Of a stretch of DNA of 64,000 nucleotides, positions 1 to 11,345 are shown in pieces. Each line of letters opens with the position of its first letter. Position 1 is the stretch's first letter. The stretch comes from Sedimentisphaerales bacterium. GTDB taxonomy: Bacteria; Planctomycetota; Phycisphaerae; Sedimentisphaerales; SM23-30. The stretch is from positions 64,001-128,000 of the forward strand of contig CAXXFK010000042.1 in the NCBI GenBank assembly GCA_963663965.2, in the 5' to 3' direction. The translations under genes were made by a program, and so were the position numbers. Below the pieces are notes generated by a model. It saw only the letters and a program-made list of their open reading frames with translations, was not told where the DNA came from and searched no databases.

Positions 1-2048
1 GAGGTTTTTTTGACGTTGTCATTCATCGAGCCGATCTGGCCGGCGATTTCGCTGGTTACGGTGGCGGTTTGAGTTACCCCTTGATTCACTGAATCGGAAT
101 CTTCGGAGGTCTGGGTAATCTGGCGGGCGACTTCCTGAGAGGTTACATTCTGCTCTTCCACAGCGGCAGCTATCGTCTGGGAAATCCCGTTGAGATTTTT
201 AACGACGTCCTGAATTTCCTTTAAAGAGTGGGTGGAGCGATTCGATGAATCCTGAATGGCTTGAACCCGCTGGGCGATGTCTTCAGTTGACTGGGCGGTT
301 TGCCGGGCCAGTTCCTTGACTTCGTTAGCAACGACCGCAAAGCCCTTACCCGCATCGCCGGCCCGGGCGGCTTCGATGGTAGCGTTCAGGGCAAGCAGGT
401 TGGTTTGTTCGGCAATGTCCTGTATGACTTCAACGACTTTGCCGATTTCGGTCGTTGCCTGAATCAACTGGCTCATATCGGTGGCGCTACTGTCGGCCAG
501 GCCGGACGCCTTGTTGGCGATACTCGAGGCCTGCTCTGAACTGACAGCAATTTCATTAATGCTGCTTGACAGTTGTTCGATCGTATCGGCGGCGTTACGT
601 ACCTTGGCGGACATCTGACCGGTAATGTTCGATATGTTATCCATATTGCCGGTCATGGTTGAGGTTGAATGGGTTATCGTTTCGGACTGGCTGGTTATCT
701 GGGTGGTTTCTTCGGATAGCGCCTGGGAGGTGGTGGAAAGCTCCGTGGAGGATGAAGCCAGCGATTGGGCGTTCTGAAGGATCTGTTTGATGATCGATTG
801 CATGTTTTCGATAAAGAGATTGAAATAGTGAGCCAGATCTCCGATTTCATCACGGGACAAAATTTGCAGGCGACGGGTCAGATCGCCTTTGCCCTGGGCA
901 ATATCCTTGAGCATGGTGACTGTGGAGTTGACCGGTTTGATAATGCGACCGGCTATCAGGTATAAACAACCCGCAGTGAGGACTGTAAACAATAATACCA
1001 GGGCGATACTGCTGCGCGCGAGTGAGTATTTCTGATCTTTCCCGCAATCCTGCAAGGCGAGCATTTCGTTTTGGAGCTGGGTGATATCCTGGGCCAGCAT
1101 AACGACCCCGATGGTCTGGTCAGAGAAATCCTTGACAGGGAAAGTGCATACCTGAAAGTTATCTATTGGCTGCAGTGAGGACATGCTATCCAATCCATTA
1201 TCCAGCAAAGCTCCGTTGACCAGAGGTGACGTGATTTCAGGATTGGTGGAGGCGATGAAGATATAGCGGTCATCAATCTGGGGATTTTTTTCGGGATCAG
1301 CCAGTTTAGTGGCGATATCAAGGAAGTCTTTTTTCATATAGACCGCCAGATGCTGATCTTCGGTCAGATTCATTTTTTTAAACAAAGAATCAAAGGAAAG
1401 CAGTACTTCATTAGAGCCCAGGTGATTGCCTGATTCATCCTGTATCGCGGTCAATCCTCGGATCACGAAACCGCCCCGGCCGATTTCGATACCCATGATG
1501 GGATCGTGATTGCCGCTGTTGATCTGCATGACGGTTTGGCGGAAGGAAGAGATATCATCGGAAACATCGATTTTCTGGCCATCCCGGGTGGTTTGCCAAC
1601 CCTCGCGCCAGAGCCGCACCAGGCTGCGGCCGTTGGGCAGATGGAAATGTAATTGGAAATCCGGGTGTCCGGTATTCGATTTGTATCCGGCAATGATGGG
1701 TGCGAATAGCCGGCGAAGCTGATCGCGAGCTTCCTGGCATTTGGGATCGGCTTCATCATCGATATTGCCGGTATGGGCCAGTTGATACGCTTCAACTACC
1801 TGCGGCATACGAGAGAAGAACGCCGCTTCTTCAAGCGCTTTCTGGCTCATTCGATCAATGTCGTTATTATAGGAGTTATATATAGTTTGGGCGTTGCTTT
1901 GGAACCGATCATGATAGATTGTCCGGGTTTGCTCAAATCGCCGATCCAGCAGGGAGGAAATGACATTTTGAAACAGGAGGTAACCAGTCAGGCAGGTAAG
2001 TAAAATCATTACGGTGCTGGGAAGAATGATTTTGGCTTTTAGTTTCAT
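1..2048 (-). CDS. Methyl-accepting chemotaxis protein (dCache-type sensor, HAMP, MCP signalling domain); 3' end runs off the window
   Basis: Manual translation from ATG at 2048: [23 protein letters not shown] (TM1), [16 protein letters not shown]...[10 protein letters not shown]...GIEIGRGG (Cache-like), second [23 protein letters not shown] (HAMP), [37 protein letters not shown] (MCP signature). Absent from the ORF track because no stop lies in the window. Confidence 0.93.
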   Translation of the reverse strand, partial: MKLKAKIILPSTVMILLTCLTGYLLFQNVISSLLDRRFEQTRTIYHDRFQSNAQTIYNSYNNDIDRMSQKALEEAAFFSRMPQVVEAYQLAHTGNIDDEADPKCQEARDQLRRLFAPIIAGYKSNTGHPDFQLHFHLPNGRSLVRLWREGWQTTRDGQKIDVSDDISSFRQTVMQINSGNHDPIMGIEIGRGGFVIRGLTAIQDESGNHLGSNEVLLSFDSLFKKMNLTEDQHLAVYMKKDFLDIATKLADPEKNPQIDDRYIFIASTNPEITSPLVNGALLDNGLDSMSSLQPIDNFQVCTFPVKDFSDQTIGVVMLAQDITQLQNEMLALQDCGKDQKYSLARSSIALVLLFTVLTAGCLYLIAGRIIKPVNSTVTMLKDIAQGKGDLTRRLQILSRDEIGDLAHYFNLFIENMQSIIKQILQNAQSLASSSTELSTTSQALSEETTQITSQSETITHSTSTMTGNMDNISNITGQMSAKVRNAADTIEQLSSSINEIAVSSEQASSIANKASGLADSSATDMSQLIQATTEIGKVVEVIQDIAEQTNLLALNATIEAARAGDAGKGFAVVANEVKELARQTAQSTEDIAQRVQAIQDSSNRSTHSLKEIQDVVKNLNGISQTIAAAVEEQNVTSQEVARQITQTSEDSDSVNQGVTQTATVTSEIAGQIGSMNDNVKKT

Positions 2049-2317
2049 GGTCTCTCTTCTTTCTGTTTAATTAGGCACAATTAAAATTGATTGGAATCAG
2101 AACGCCGTGCTCTCAAACTATTTTTCGACATTACAGCTGGGAAGGATTATGTTTCATATGGATAATTTTTAATTTTCGATGATCTGGCAGATATGTGTTG
2201 AAACTGAATTTTTTTTTAGCCCTTGGTATGTCATAAGAAACAAATATTCATGAGAGAAAATAAGAAGGCCCGATATAACCATTTATATTTAACAGAAAGC
2301 GTAGTGCTCTGTAAAGA

Positions 2318-2980
2318 TTAAATATTCGGATATAGTGATCTCAATTTACACCTGGCATCTTCCACTTTAAATTGCCAGTTAACGCCTCGTTGCTTTTCGT
2401 TGGAGTGGGTGGCCCATGCTTTCGTCTCTTTTTTCAGCCTATCCATGTCGGTCATTTTTCGATCCTTCAGACATTGCCGGGTCATCGCACTCAGTTCATT
2501 TTCGGCCACATTGAGCCAACTGCCATGCTTGGGCGTGTAATGAAATTCAATTTTTTCCACATACCGGCGCGCCTGCTCCGGAGGAAAAACCTCGTAAAAA
2601 GCTCCCTTGGTATGAGTATTCAAATTGTCGCACACCAGAAGCACTCGTTTCGCTTGGGCATAGCGGCCCTCCAGCAACTCTGCCATTTCAACGGCCCAGT
2701 CAACCTTTTTCCGTTGTGGACGAACGCTCACCCCACGCCAGCCGGATTTTGGTTCTGTGAACATGAATAGGCTGGCGGTTCCGGCACGTTCATATTCATA
2801 GTCCACTCGACGAGGATGATGCAAGGTCGCGGCCATCGGAGTGCGAGTTTCCTTGAGCAATTGCACCGGCTGTTCATCCATGCAGAGCGCCGGAAAATCC
2901 GGGTCATACGGCAGGGAATAGACATTCAGGACATCTTCCATGCACGCGACAAATTCACTGTTTTGCGCCGGCGGTATCAC
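2318..2980 (-). CDS. IS630 transposase, catalytic DDE part (orfB; probably joined to orfA by a -1 frameshift)
   Basis: Motifs CMDEQP, DYEYERAGT, VCDNLNTH, HYTPKHGSWLNVAENE. The frame continues upstream as KNEITNRKIQYWVIPP to the A7 run at 3012-3018. Confidence 0.9.
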   Translation of the reverse strand: MIPPAQNSEFVACMEDVLNVYSLPYDPDFPALCMDEQPVQLLKETRTPMAATLHHPRRVDYEYERAGTASLFMFTEPKSGWRGVSVRPQRKKVDWAVEMAELLEGRYAQAKRVLLVCDNLNTHTKGAFYEVFPPEQARRYVEKIEFHYTPKHGSWLNVAENELSAMTRQCLKDRKMTDMDRLKKETKAWATHSNEKQRGVNWQFKVEDARCKLRSLYPNI

Positions 2981-3003
2981 CCAGTACTGTATCTTTCGGT
3001 TCG

Positions 3004-3444
3004 TTATTTCATTTTTTTAAGCGTCGTGGCAACGGTGGTGTGACTGATGGATTCTACGATTCCCAATTCCACCGCTTTGTCGGCGATCAAACGCAACGAC
3101 CAATTACTGTAACCTTCCGGCGGATCGCTCAGCCTCAGGGCAATGATCTTTGCCTCCTGCTCGCCATCCAGCAGCTTGGCGCGAGGCGGCGTGTCACGCT
3201 GCTTACCGTTCAATGTGATGTCAAACCCTCTTTCTACCAGCGATTTACGAACTTTGGTTACGGTCCTGAGACGACACAAAAAAGCGTCGGCAATTTGATT
3301 GCAGGACCAGTTGGGACCGTCCGCATCCGCCTTAAGCAAGATTTGAGCCCGTTTGACTTTTTGCGAGGTGCCCTTGAGTTTTGTAACAACTTCAAGCAGC
3401 TCTTTCCGTTCTGCGTCAGTGAGACGAACGATGTACTTTTTCAT
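3004..3444 (-). CDS. IS630 transposase, N-terminal HTH part (orfA)
   Basis: MKKYIVRLTDAERKEL...RAQILLKAD...PPEGYSNWSLRLIADK...ISHTTVATTLKK; GGAG RBS before ATG 3444. Confidence 0.9.
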   Translation of the reverse strand: MKKYIVRLTDAERKELLEVVTKLKGTSQKVKRAQILLKADADGPNWSCNQIADAFLCRLRTVTKVRKSLVERGFDITLNGKQRDTPPRAKLLDGEQEAKIIALRLSDPPEGYSNWSLRLIADKAVELGIVESISHTTVATTLKKMK

Positions 3445-3753
3445 AACAAACTCCATAAATATTCGGTTTATGGAGTTATTATCGGACATGCTATATAAGA
3501 ATATTTAGTTTTTACAGAGCAGTAGGCATACTAGCTCACATTGTTAATTAATAACGATATTGTCGATTATCGCTGATGTGACGATACTATGAATAAAAAG
3601 GGAATTTGATGAATGAGACCTGGAATGACATATTAATATGTTTTAATGTGACCAGATAACTAAACGAATTTTGGACCAATAGCCAGTAAGTAAATAAACC
3701 TAATGATTAGCAAATCGATTGAATGGAGATCGATGCAACAAAAATTTGATCTG

Positions 3754-4899
3754 CTAATTTAGCAGATTTTCCATCAGGTAGAGACCGGATTTGCCGGGGC
3801 AGAGCAGGTCGATATCGCCATCTTTGTCGATGTCGACAGCGGCGGTGTTGATGCCGAAGCCGACGTTGTCATTTTCGGAGATGGTGTGGCGAGTCCACTG
3901 ACTGGCGTCGGTATTGAGGGTATAGTAATAGACGCAGACCGGGTCGTTGCCGCCGGGATCATGGCCGTTATGGGCGCGATGCCGTTTGCCGGTGACCAGG
4001 TCTTGACGACCGTCGTTGTCGATGTCGACTGGAATCAGGAAGTGGGCCTGGGACCAGGATTTGTCGATTTCAAAGCGTGTCCAGGAGATTTTGCCATCAT
4101 CCTTTTTGTCCTGTCGGAGCCAGAACAAGCCGTAGCCGTGGCCGTTGCCATAGACGATATCGGCACGGCCGTCGTGATTGACATCCCAGACCAGAACCGG
4201 CGCCGAGGCGGAGCCCAGATCGAAACCATCGTTAAATTGCCAGTTATCATCGGGATTGCCGGTCTGGCGGAACCAGCCTTTGGCGGCGACGATATCGCAT
4301 TTGCCATCGCCGTCGATGTCGCCGGCCCCGATGCCGTGGGAAGCGGACTGGGCCGGCAGTGGGTGTTTTTGCCAGCGGATGCCATGGGGTGAGGCAGGAT
4401 CTTTGGTAAACTCATACCAGGCGCTGGGCGAGGGGACAACGTTGGGCAGGATATCGGGTTGACCGTCACTGTTGATATCGGCGATAAGAGCGGTTTCCAT
4501 ATTGCCGGGTTGATCGATGGGGATGACTTCCCAGGGCTTGTCAGATGAGCCGGGGTTGTGGAGCCAGAAAACCATTTTGGAGTGCCAGGCGGCGTTGACG
4601 ATGTCGGTATAGCCATCGGCATCCAGGTCGATAGGCAGGTTGGCGAAGTCGTGGTAGTATTCATCCTGTTCGATGACATCGCGGACAAAGTGTTTTTTCC
4701 AGGTGGGGGCTTCGTACCAGAAGCCGCCACAGAAGATATCCAGCTTATTGTCGTGATTGAAGTCGGCTATGGTACCGGCTTCGAAGCGGGATTCGGCGTT
4801 AATAATGTGTTTTTTGAATGTGGCCGGCTGGGCGGCGGCCAGGGGTAAACTCAATACAGCCAGTCCAAAGATAACCCATGAAATTGATTTTGCGTTCAT
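3754..4899 (-). CDS. Secreted FG-GAP/VCBS repeat protein
   Basis: Signal peptide plus repeated DxDxDGxxD motifs (DLDADGYTD, DINSDGQPD, DIDGDGKCD, DVNHDGRAD, DIDNDGRQD, DIDKDGDID); start set at ATG 4899 after GGAG. Confidence 0.85.
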   Translation of the reverse strand: MNAKSISWVIFGLAVLSLPLAAAQPATFKKHIINAESRFEAGTIADFNHDNKLDIFCGGFWYEAPTWKKHFVRDVIEQDEYYHDFANLPIDLDADGYTDIVNAAWHSKMVFWLHNPGSSDKPWEVIPIDQPGNMETALIADINSDGQPDILPNVVPSPSAWYEFTKDPASPHGIRWQKHPLPAQSASHGIGAGDIDGDGKCDIVAAKGWFRQTGNPDDNWQFNDGFDLGSASAPVLVWDVNHDGRADIVYGNGHGYGLFWLRQDKKDDGKISWTRFEIDKSWSQAHFLIPVDIDNDGRQDLVTGKRHRAHNGHDPGGNDPVCVYYYTLNTDASQWTRHTISENDNVGFGINTAAVDIDKDGDIDLLCPGKSGLYLMENLLN

Positions 4900-5047
4900 T
4901 GATCGAACTCCAAATATTGGTGAGATCGTTGTGTTGGTATTTATCAATTACCTGATTAACGGAAATCTTAGCGGATTATTACCCGGAGAGTCAATCGATT
5001 GGTTATAAAAGCCCAGCAGTTATGCCGGGTGGGCATAGCGTGCCAGG

Positions 5048-6274
<1,227 letters not shown>

Positions 6275-7621
6275 TCAGTAGGCCCGGACCAGGATAGCTC
6301 CGGGGTAATAGTGTTTAAGGATGTCAACCGAATTGGATCCCTGGAGGGCCATTTGCTGAGCGCCCCACTGGCACATCCCGACACCATGGCCCCAGCCGCG
6401 TCCGTTGGTGAATCCCCAGGAGTCGCCCAGGTCTTGAAAGTTGAACCAGCAGCTCTGAACGGCCCGGCCGGTTGGGTCGACGGTGAGTCTTAAATCTTCG
6501 GCCCGAAGCCGCATGGTCCGGCCTTCCAGACCGGTCAGGTTGAAAGACTGGATCCGGCCTTGTTCGTTGGCGGCGGCAATCTGAATATTTACGATTTTGA
6601 TCAGGTCCTGGAGGAACGGGTAATTGTCGATGAGGAGTTCGGCAACTTTTTGCTTGGGAATACGAACATCCTTCCAGGTGAATAAGTCTTGCGGGGCAAT
6701 TTTTTCACAATACGGACAGGACACCCCGGAAAGCGGTTTGAGAGAATCGCCGAAAACCTGGCGGGCATTCTGGGTATGGCCGCCACAAATCGCGCTGTAA
6801 TAGGCCGGGAAGAGTTTTTCTTTGCCCGCAGGTCCATAAGCCAGCACGATTCCAGTTGTATCTTGGGTGACCTGGGCGATCCGGGCATTTTCGGCGCCGA
6901 TGCCTTTGTACATCTGGCTGGCCTGAGTGGCCCGGACATCATAAAGGCTGGTTTTGTCACGAAGATTCAACCAGTAAAGGGCATAGGTGCGCGAAGCGAC
7001 GCACTGGGCGCGCAAGGCGGCGATTTCCCAGTGACTGTAGGCTTCGGAGCCGACCACTCCCAGTAAATAGTCTTCGATATCCAGATCATTAATAATATGG
7101 AATAACGAACTATCCGTGGGGGTTAATTGAATTGTGCCTCGATACAGAGCCGTGCCGGTTGATTCAGCATTCGTTTTGAGTGACACGGCCTGATTGGGAC
7201 CAGGACGTAATTCCAGTCTGGCGACGCTGAATACCTGCCATTCTTTATTGTCCAGTCGAGTCATGGTCCAGGCGCCGTATTGGCGCGACATCTGGTAGCT
7301 GACCCCGGGCAGGAGGGAGTAAAGCTGGGAATTTTTTTCCGGATCGAAAATCGCCGTAACGGGATTGGCTGATTTCAGCGGGACCGTCAGAGCGGAGGGC
7401 TGGTCGCAGCCCAGAATGATCTCGTGTCGGTTTTCCTGCAACAGGACCCTGACATTGGAGCGGGGTTGGGATTTGATATCGGATTGGGTGGGCGCGTGAG
7501 AGGATTCGCCGGATTTGAACTCGCAACCGAGCGCCCAAACCGTTAAGGCGATCATGCCTAGAATGGCATGAAGATAAGAGGCGGATCGATCCGAGAGGTT
7601 TTCGATAAATTTAACGTTCAC
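6275..7621 (-). CDS. SpoIID/LytB domain protein (probable peptidoglycan lytic transglycosylase-like)
   Basis: YRG...INDLDIEDYLLGVVGSE...ALRAQCVASRTYA, SQMYKG, YYSAICGGHT, GWGHGVGMCQWGA, ILKHYYPG. Confidence 0.9.
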   Translation of the reverse strand: MNVKFIENLSDRSASYLHAILGMIALTVWALGCEFKSGESSHAPTQSDIKSQPRSNVRVLLQENRHEIILGCDQPSALTVPLKSANPVTAIFDPEKNSQLYSLLPGVSYQMSRQYGAWTMTRLDNKEWQVFSVARLELRPGPNQAVSLKTNAESTGTALYRGTIQLTPTDSSLFHIINDLDIEDYLLGVVGSEAYSHWEIAALRAQCVASRTYALYWLNLRDKTSLYDVRATQASQMYKGIGAENARIAQVTQDTTGIVLAYGPAGKEKLFPAYYSAICGGHTQNARQVFGDSLKPLSGVSCPYCEKIAPQDLFTWKDVRIPKQKVAELLIDNYPFLQDLIKIVNIQIAAANEQGRIQSFNLTGLEGRTMRLRAEDLRLTVDPTGRAVQSCWFNFQDLGDSWGFTNGRGWGHGVGMCQWGAQQMALQGSNSVDILKHYYPGAILVRAY

Positions 7622-7647
7622 GCCGGTGGTGTTCCAAGATTGCGCGG

Positions 7648-7686
7648 AAAAAAGAAAACCCGGCAGAAACGGTTCATGCCGGGTTT
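7648..7686 (-). terminator. Intrinsic terminator after the TPR/alpha-CTD gene
   Basis: AAACCCGGCA...TGCCGGGTTT stem with an adjacent A-run (U-tract on the minus strand). Confidence 0.6.
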
Positions 7687-7701
7687 GGGGATTTTATCGG
7701 A

Positions 7702-9042
7702 TCAGTCATCCAGTTTACGCAAAGAGAGGTTTTTCTGCCCCAGTTTCTGCTGGACTTCGACCAGACTGGTCTGGCCAAAGTTTTTGCATCCGAGCAGTTC
7801 GGCTTCGGTACAATTGCATAAATCACGGATAGAAATCACGTTGAGGCGTTCGAGGCATTTGCGCGACCGCACGGACAGTTCGAGGGAATCGATCGGTTTG
7901 TCGAGCAATTCCTGATCGGCTTTCTGGATATTGGCGGCCTGTTTTTTGGCGGCGCCTTTTTTGTTGTCTTCGAGCATCTGACCCAGTCGCAGGCCTTTGG
8001 TGCTGAGAATCTGTTTGATTTCCAACAGGCTGGTTTCGCCGAAGTTTTTGTAAGCAAGCAATTCGGCTTCAGTCACTTTCAGGAGGTCTCCAAGCGTGCG
8101 GATATTCATTTTTTTGAGGCAGTTGCGCGAGCGGACAGACAGTTCGAAGTCGGAAATGGGTATTTCCATCACTTTGTTGCGATGATCCGTTCTGCGTTCC
8201 TGATCTTCATCGTAGAACATGGTCATGCTGGATTGGAGGTCTTTCATGAACATATTCGCGCGCGGATGGTTGGGGAACGCTTTGAGGACTTGAGCGACGC
8301 ACTCGCTGGCTTTATAGAATTCGCCGCAATCTTCATAGAGCACCGACAGGTTGAGCAGGGCATTAATGGGAGCGCTGGGTGAATTGCCGATACACTGGAT
8401 ATAATATTCGATCGCTTCCTCTTCACTGCCATAAAGCGAACTGATATAGGCCAGGTGGAAGAGGGCTTCGGTATGGTTCGAGTCGAGTACAATGGTCTTT
8501 TTGAGGGTCTGGATCGCGTGGGTATGTTCGCCATTGTCATCCTGGATACGAGCCAGTTGATAATGATATTCCGCACGGAACTCGCCAACCCGTGAAACCC
8601 GTTTGAGTTTTTCAGCGGCTTCTTCGAGACGGCCTGACTGACGCAGGCAATTGACAATCGTCATGGCAGTATCGAAGCTGTCGGCGCCTTTTTCTTCGGC
8701 GGTTTCAAAGGCCTGGATCGCTTCGGCGAACAAGTTGGCTTTTTCAAGGGTGCGTCCTTTTAAGGTCAGGGCGGTAGAGGTGTTGCCGGCTTTATCCAGC
8801 CAGGTGGCCGCCTGTCGCCACTGGCACAGGGCAAAAAACCCCTGGCCGATTTTCATCGCCATCGACGGGTCGCTTTCCAGATCAGCGCCCCGGGCAGTGA
8901 TGGTATCGTTGAGATACTGGGAAAAAGCTTCCTGTTCGATTGCGTTACTGCGCACTTTGTTAATCAGCAGGTCGAACTCTTCGTTTGACAACGGAATGTT
9001 ATTAGTCAGCAATTCGGTGATAGTCATTTCCTGAACTTGCAT
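7702..9042 (-). CDS. TPR-repeat protein with two tandem RNA polymerase alpha-CTD-like domains
   Basis: N-terminal TPR-like helices, then ISDFELSVRSRNCLKKMNIRTLGDLL..TEAELLAYKNFGETSLLEI and IDSLELSVRSRKCLERLNVISIRDLC..TEAELLGCKNFGQTSLVEV; no alpha-NTD. Confidence 0.88.
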   Translation of the reverse strand: MQVQEMTITELLTNNIPLSNEEFDLLINKVRSNAIEQEAFSQYLNDTITARGADLESDPSMAMKIGQGFFALCQWRQAATWLDKAGNTSTALTLKGRTLEKANLFAEAIQAFETAEEKGADSFDTAMTIVNCLRQSGRLEEAAEKLKRVSRVGEFRAEYHYQLARIQDDNGEHTHAIQTLKKTIVLDSNHTEALFHLAYISSLYGSEEEAIEYYIQCIGNSPSAPINALLNLSVLYEDCGEFYKASECVAQVLKAFPNHPRANMFMKDLQSSMTMFYDEDQERRTDHRNKVMEIPISDFELSVRSRNCLKKMNIRTLGDLLKVTEAELLAYKNFGETSLLEIKQILSTKGLRLGQMLEDNKKGAAKKQAANIQKADQELLDKPIDSLELSVRSRKCLERLNVISIRDLCNCTEAELLGCKNFGQTSLVEVQQKLGQKNLSLRKLDD

Positions 9043-9450
9043 CGGCCGCTCCAGAAAAAATCAAATTAGTTATAACAGGATCCACAAAATCCAATTTTCG
9101 ATAAACGGAATATTATAGCGGCTTTTATGGGGAATGCAATAGCATTTGAAGGGTATAAAGGGCGATTTGGGCTTACCAGGCAAGTTTTTTGTGCATTTAA
9201 AGTTAATTTTTTTGATTTATTTTGAATTTTGCCATCCGATTTGGCTTGATGAAAGCAAAGGGATAAATGAACATTTACAAAAAATGTACCGTAAGCAGGA
9301 AGAAAATTTAACTGGAAAAGTACAGTTGAAAGAAACCATTGAGATTTCGGTAATCAGTTTATAATTTATGGCGGTGATTGGAATTATGTGGTATTATAGA
9401 AAAAGTGATCTTTACGCTAAAGAAGAAATAAATCGCCAAGAGAATGTAAC

Positions 9451-10332
9451 TTGTTTAAGAAAAAGAAATTAAATAATGTTGCGGTCTTGCCCACCCTGAT
9501 AACGCTGATGAACGCGGTCTGCGGGTTTGCCTCCATCCATTACGCGGCTCGAGGCGGTTTGGAGCGAATGCCCATGCTGCATGGGACGATCCATATCAGT
9601 TTTTTTGCGTTGGCGGCATGGATGATAGTTATCGGCATGGTGGCGGATTCCCTGGATGGATTTGTGGCGCGCCGTGCGGGACTGGCCAGTGAATTTGGTG
9701 GTCAACTCGACTCGATGTCTGATTTTATAACGTTTGGAATAGCGCCGGCATTTTTGATGCTGAAGGTAGTAGAGTCCGAACTGGCAGATATCATCGGTCA
9801 CATTAACCCGTTATTCGGGACATTATCGGGCAAGTTGTTCTGGTTGATGGCCGCAATGTATGTCTGTTGCGCGGCGTTACGGCTGGCGAGGTTTAATGTT
9901 GAGAACTCGCTGCCGGAATCGGCTCATCGTCATTTTCATGGATTGCCTTCGCCTGCGGCGGCGGCGCTGATTGTTTCAATGGTATTATTATACAGCGATA
10001 TCGTCCCGGAAATTCAAGTGGAGATGGGGCGAACGGCGGCACGAATCGGTTCGAATATCATTATTTACCTGTTACCGTGGATGACATTGGGAATGGGGTT
10101 GCTGATGGTCAGCCGGGTGCCGTATACCCATCTGGTCAATAAGGCGATAAAAGGACGTAAACCCTTTGAGTATATAGTATTAGCTGTTATTATTACCCTG
10201 TTACTGTTTTGGAAATTGCAATTAACCCTCGCTGGATTGAGTATTATATATATCTTCAGCGGTTTATTGCCGTGGTTAAAGGCCGGTTGCAAGGTCCCGG
10301 AAGCCGGCTTTGAAGAATCCTGCAATGCATGA
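9451..10332 (+). CDS. pssA: CDP-diacylglycerol--serine O-phosphatidyltransferase
   Basis: LPTLITLMN, DSLDGFVAR...SEFGGQLDSMSDFITFGIAP, ALRLARFNV, FHGLPSPAAA, LMVSRVPY. Confidence 0.9.
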   Translation: MFKKKKLNNVAVLPTLITLMNAVCGFASIHYAARGGLERMPMLHGTIHISFFALAAWMIVIGMVADSLDGFVARRAGLASEFGGQLDSMSDFITFGIAPAFLMLKVVESELADIIGHINPLFGTLSGKLFWLMAAMYVCCAALRLARFNVENSLPESAHRHFHGLPSPAAAALIVSMVLLYSDIVPEIQVEMGRTAARIGSNIIIYLLPWMTLGMGLLMVSRVPYTHLVNKAIKGRKPFEYIVLAVIITLLLFWKLQLTLAGLSIIYIFSGLLPWLKAGCKVPEAGFEESCNA

Positions 10333-10439
10333 GGATTTGAAAATTTCTCCCAAGCAGGTATAATAACAGAGTAAGGTAAATTCAGATGACAGGCAAGTGT
10401 CCATCATAACCGGCGCCTAGAAATAGCGGAGGTTTAATC

Positions 10440-11189
10440 GTGCCTGAGAAGATCATCGGAAGTATTGAGACCATGAGCCTGAGAAGGAAAAAATGCCGAC
10501 AAGCGACAGGGTGGGCAGCCCTATTGATGATTATAATAATCATTTCCGGATGTCATACTGTTAAATCGGGATCAGGAGATCGTGTTTACCGTTCACAAGA
10601 CGGGCCAAGCCAAAATGAATCCCAACAATCCGGGGTAGACTCTGTTCAGTCACCTGAGCAGAAAACGCTTTCTGATGCCAGTCCCCGGCAATTGAACAGT
10701 TTGATTCCTGACAAGCGACATTGGAAATCGAGACAGGCCAATTCCGATGAGATCCCAATCGTCCAGCGGAGCAAGGTTTCCGGGAAGGCGCCACGAGTAC
10801 TTGAACCTGCTATCCACTGGGGCAGGATGGTTCATATCGTCCAACCAGGAGAGACCCTGACCTCAATATCGACAAAGTATTATGGCACAGGGAGTTACTG
10901 GCAGATTATTTTTAATGAAAATCATTCCCGGCTGACTTCGCCATCAGCAATCCCGGTGGGAGAAAGATTGTATCTGCCGGTTAATCCCGGAAAGGGCGGA
11001 GGGGGTATCGTCCTTGTGCCGTTGAGCCGGCCCGATTTTTTTATTGTGGGCGCGGGTGATACCCTCTATAAGATTGCCGATTTATTTCTGGGAGATGGCA
11101 ACCAGTGGCAGAAGATTTATGAGGCCAATCGCTATCAATTATCGAGTCCTGAGGATATACAGGAAGGATTATCGCTGGTGATTCCGTGA
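10440..11189 (+). CDS. Lipoprotein with two LysM domains
   Basis: Lipobox-like IIISGC; HIVQPGETLTSISTKYYG...W..IFNEN and VGAGDTLYKIADLFLG...WQKIYEAN. Confidence 0.85.
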   Translation: MPEKIIGSIETMSLRRKKCRQATGWAALLMIIIIISGCHTVKSGSGDRVYRSQDGPSQNESQQSGVDSVQSPEQKTLSDASPRQLNSLIPDKRHWKSRQANSDEIPIVQRSKVSGKAPRVLEPAIHWGRMVHIVQPGETLTSISTKYYGTGSYWQIIFNENHSRLTSPSAIPVGERLYLPVNPGKGGGGIVLVPLSRPDFFIVGAGDTLYKIADLFLGDGNQWQKIYEANRYQLSSPEDIQEGLSLVIP

Positions 11190-11345
11190 TATCGGAGAAT
11201 CTTGTCAGATAATCCCGGCATTGTCTTGAAAAACAGGGTAATAAATACTAGCATACAACCGTTTGTCTCTTCAGTCCATCATGATGGCGGGGGATAATAA
11301 TTTTGCAGTGAATCCATAAAGAAAAATTGAGACGAATCGAGTTTT

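Larger units (their letters stand above)
2304..3522 (-). mobile_element. IS630-family insertion sequence, apparently complete
   Basis: Imperfect 32-bp terminal inverted repeats (GTGCTCTGTAAAGATTAAATATTCGGATATAG vs reverse complement CTGCTCTGTAAAAACTAAATATTCTTATATAG, 27/32 identical), flanked by TA at 2302-2303 and 3523-3524; encloses a split DDE transposase. Confidence 0.92.

Noticed and set aside
277..2003. Many short ORFs listed in the track
   Set aside because: All overlap the continuous minus-strand MCP frame.
7702..9042. Calling this gene rpoA
   Set aside because: No alpha N-terminal assembly domain, and not in the ribosomal protein operon.
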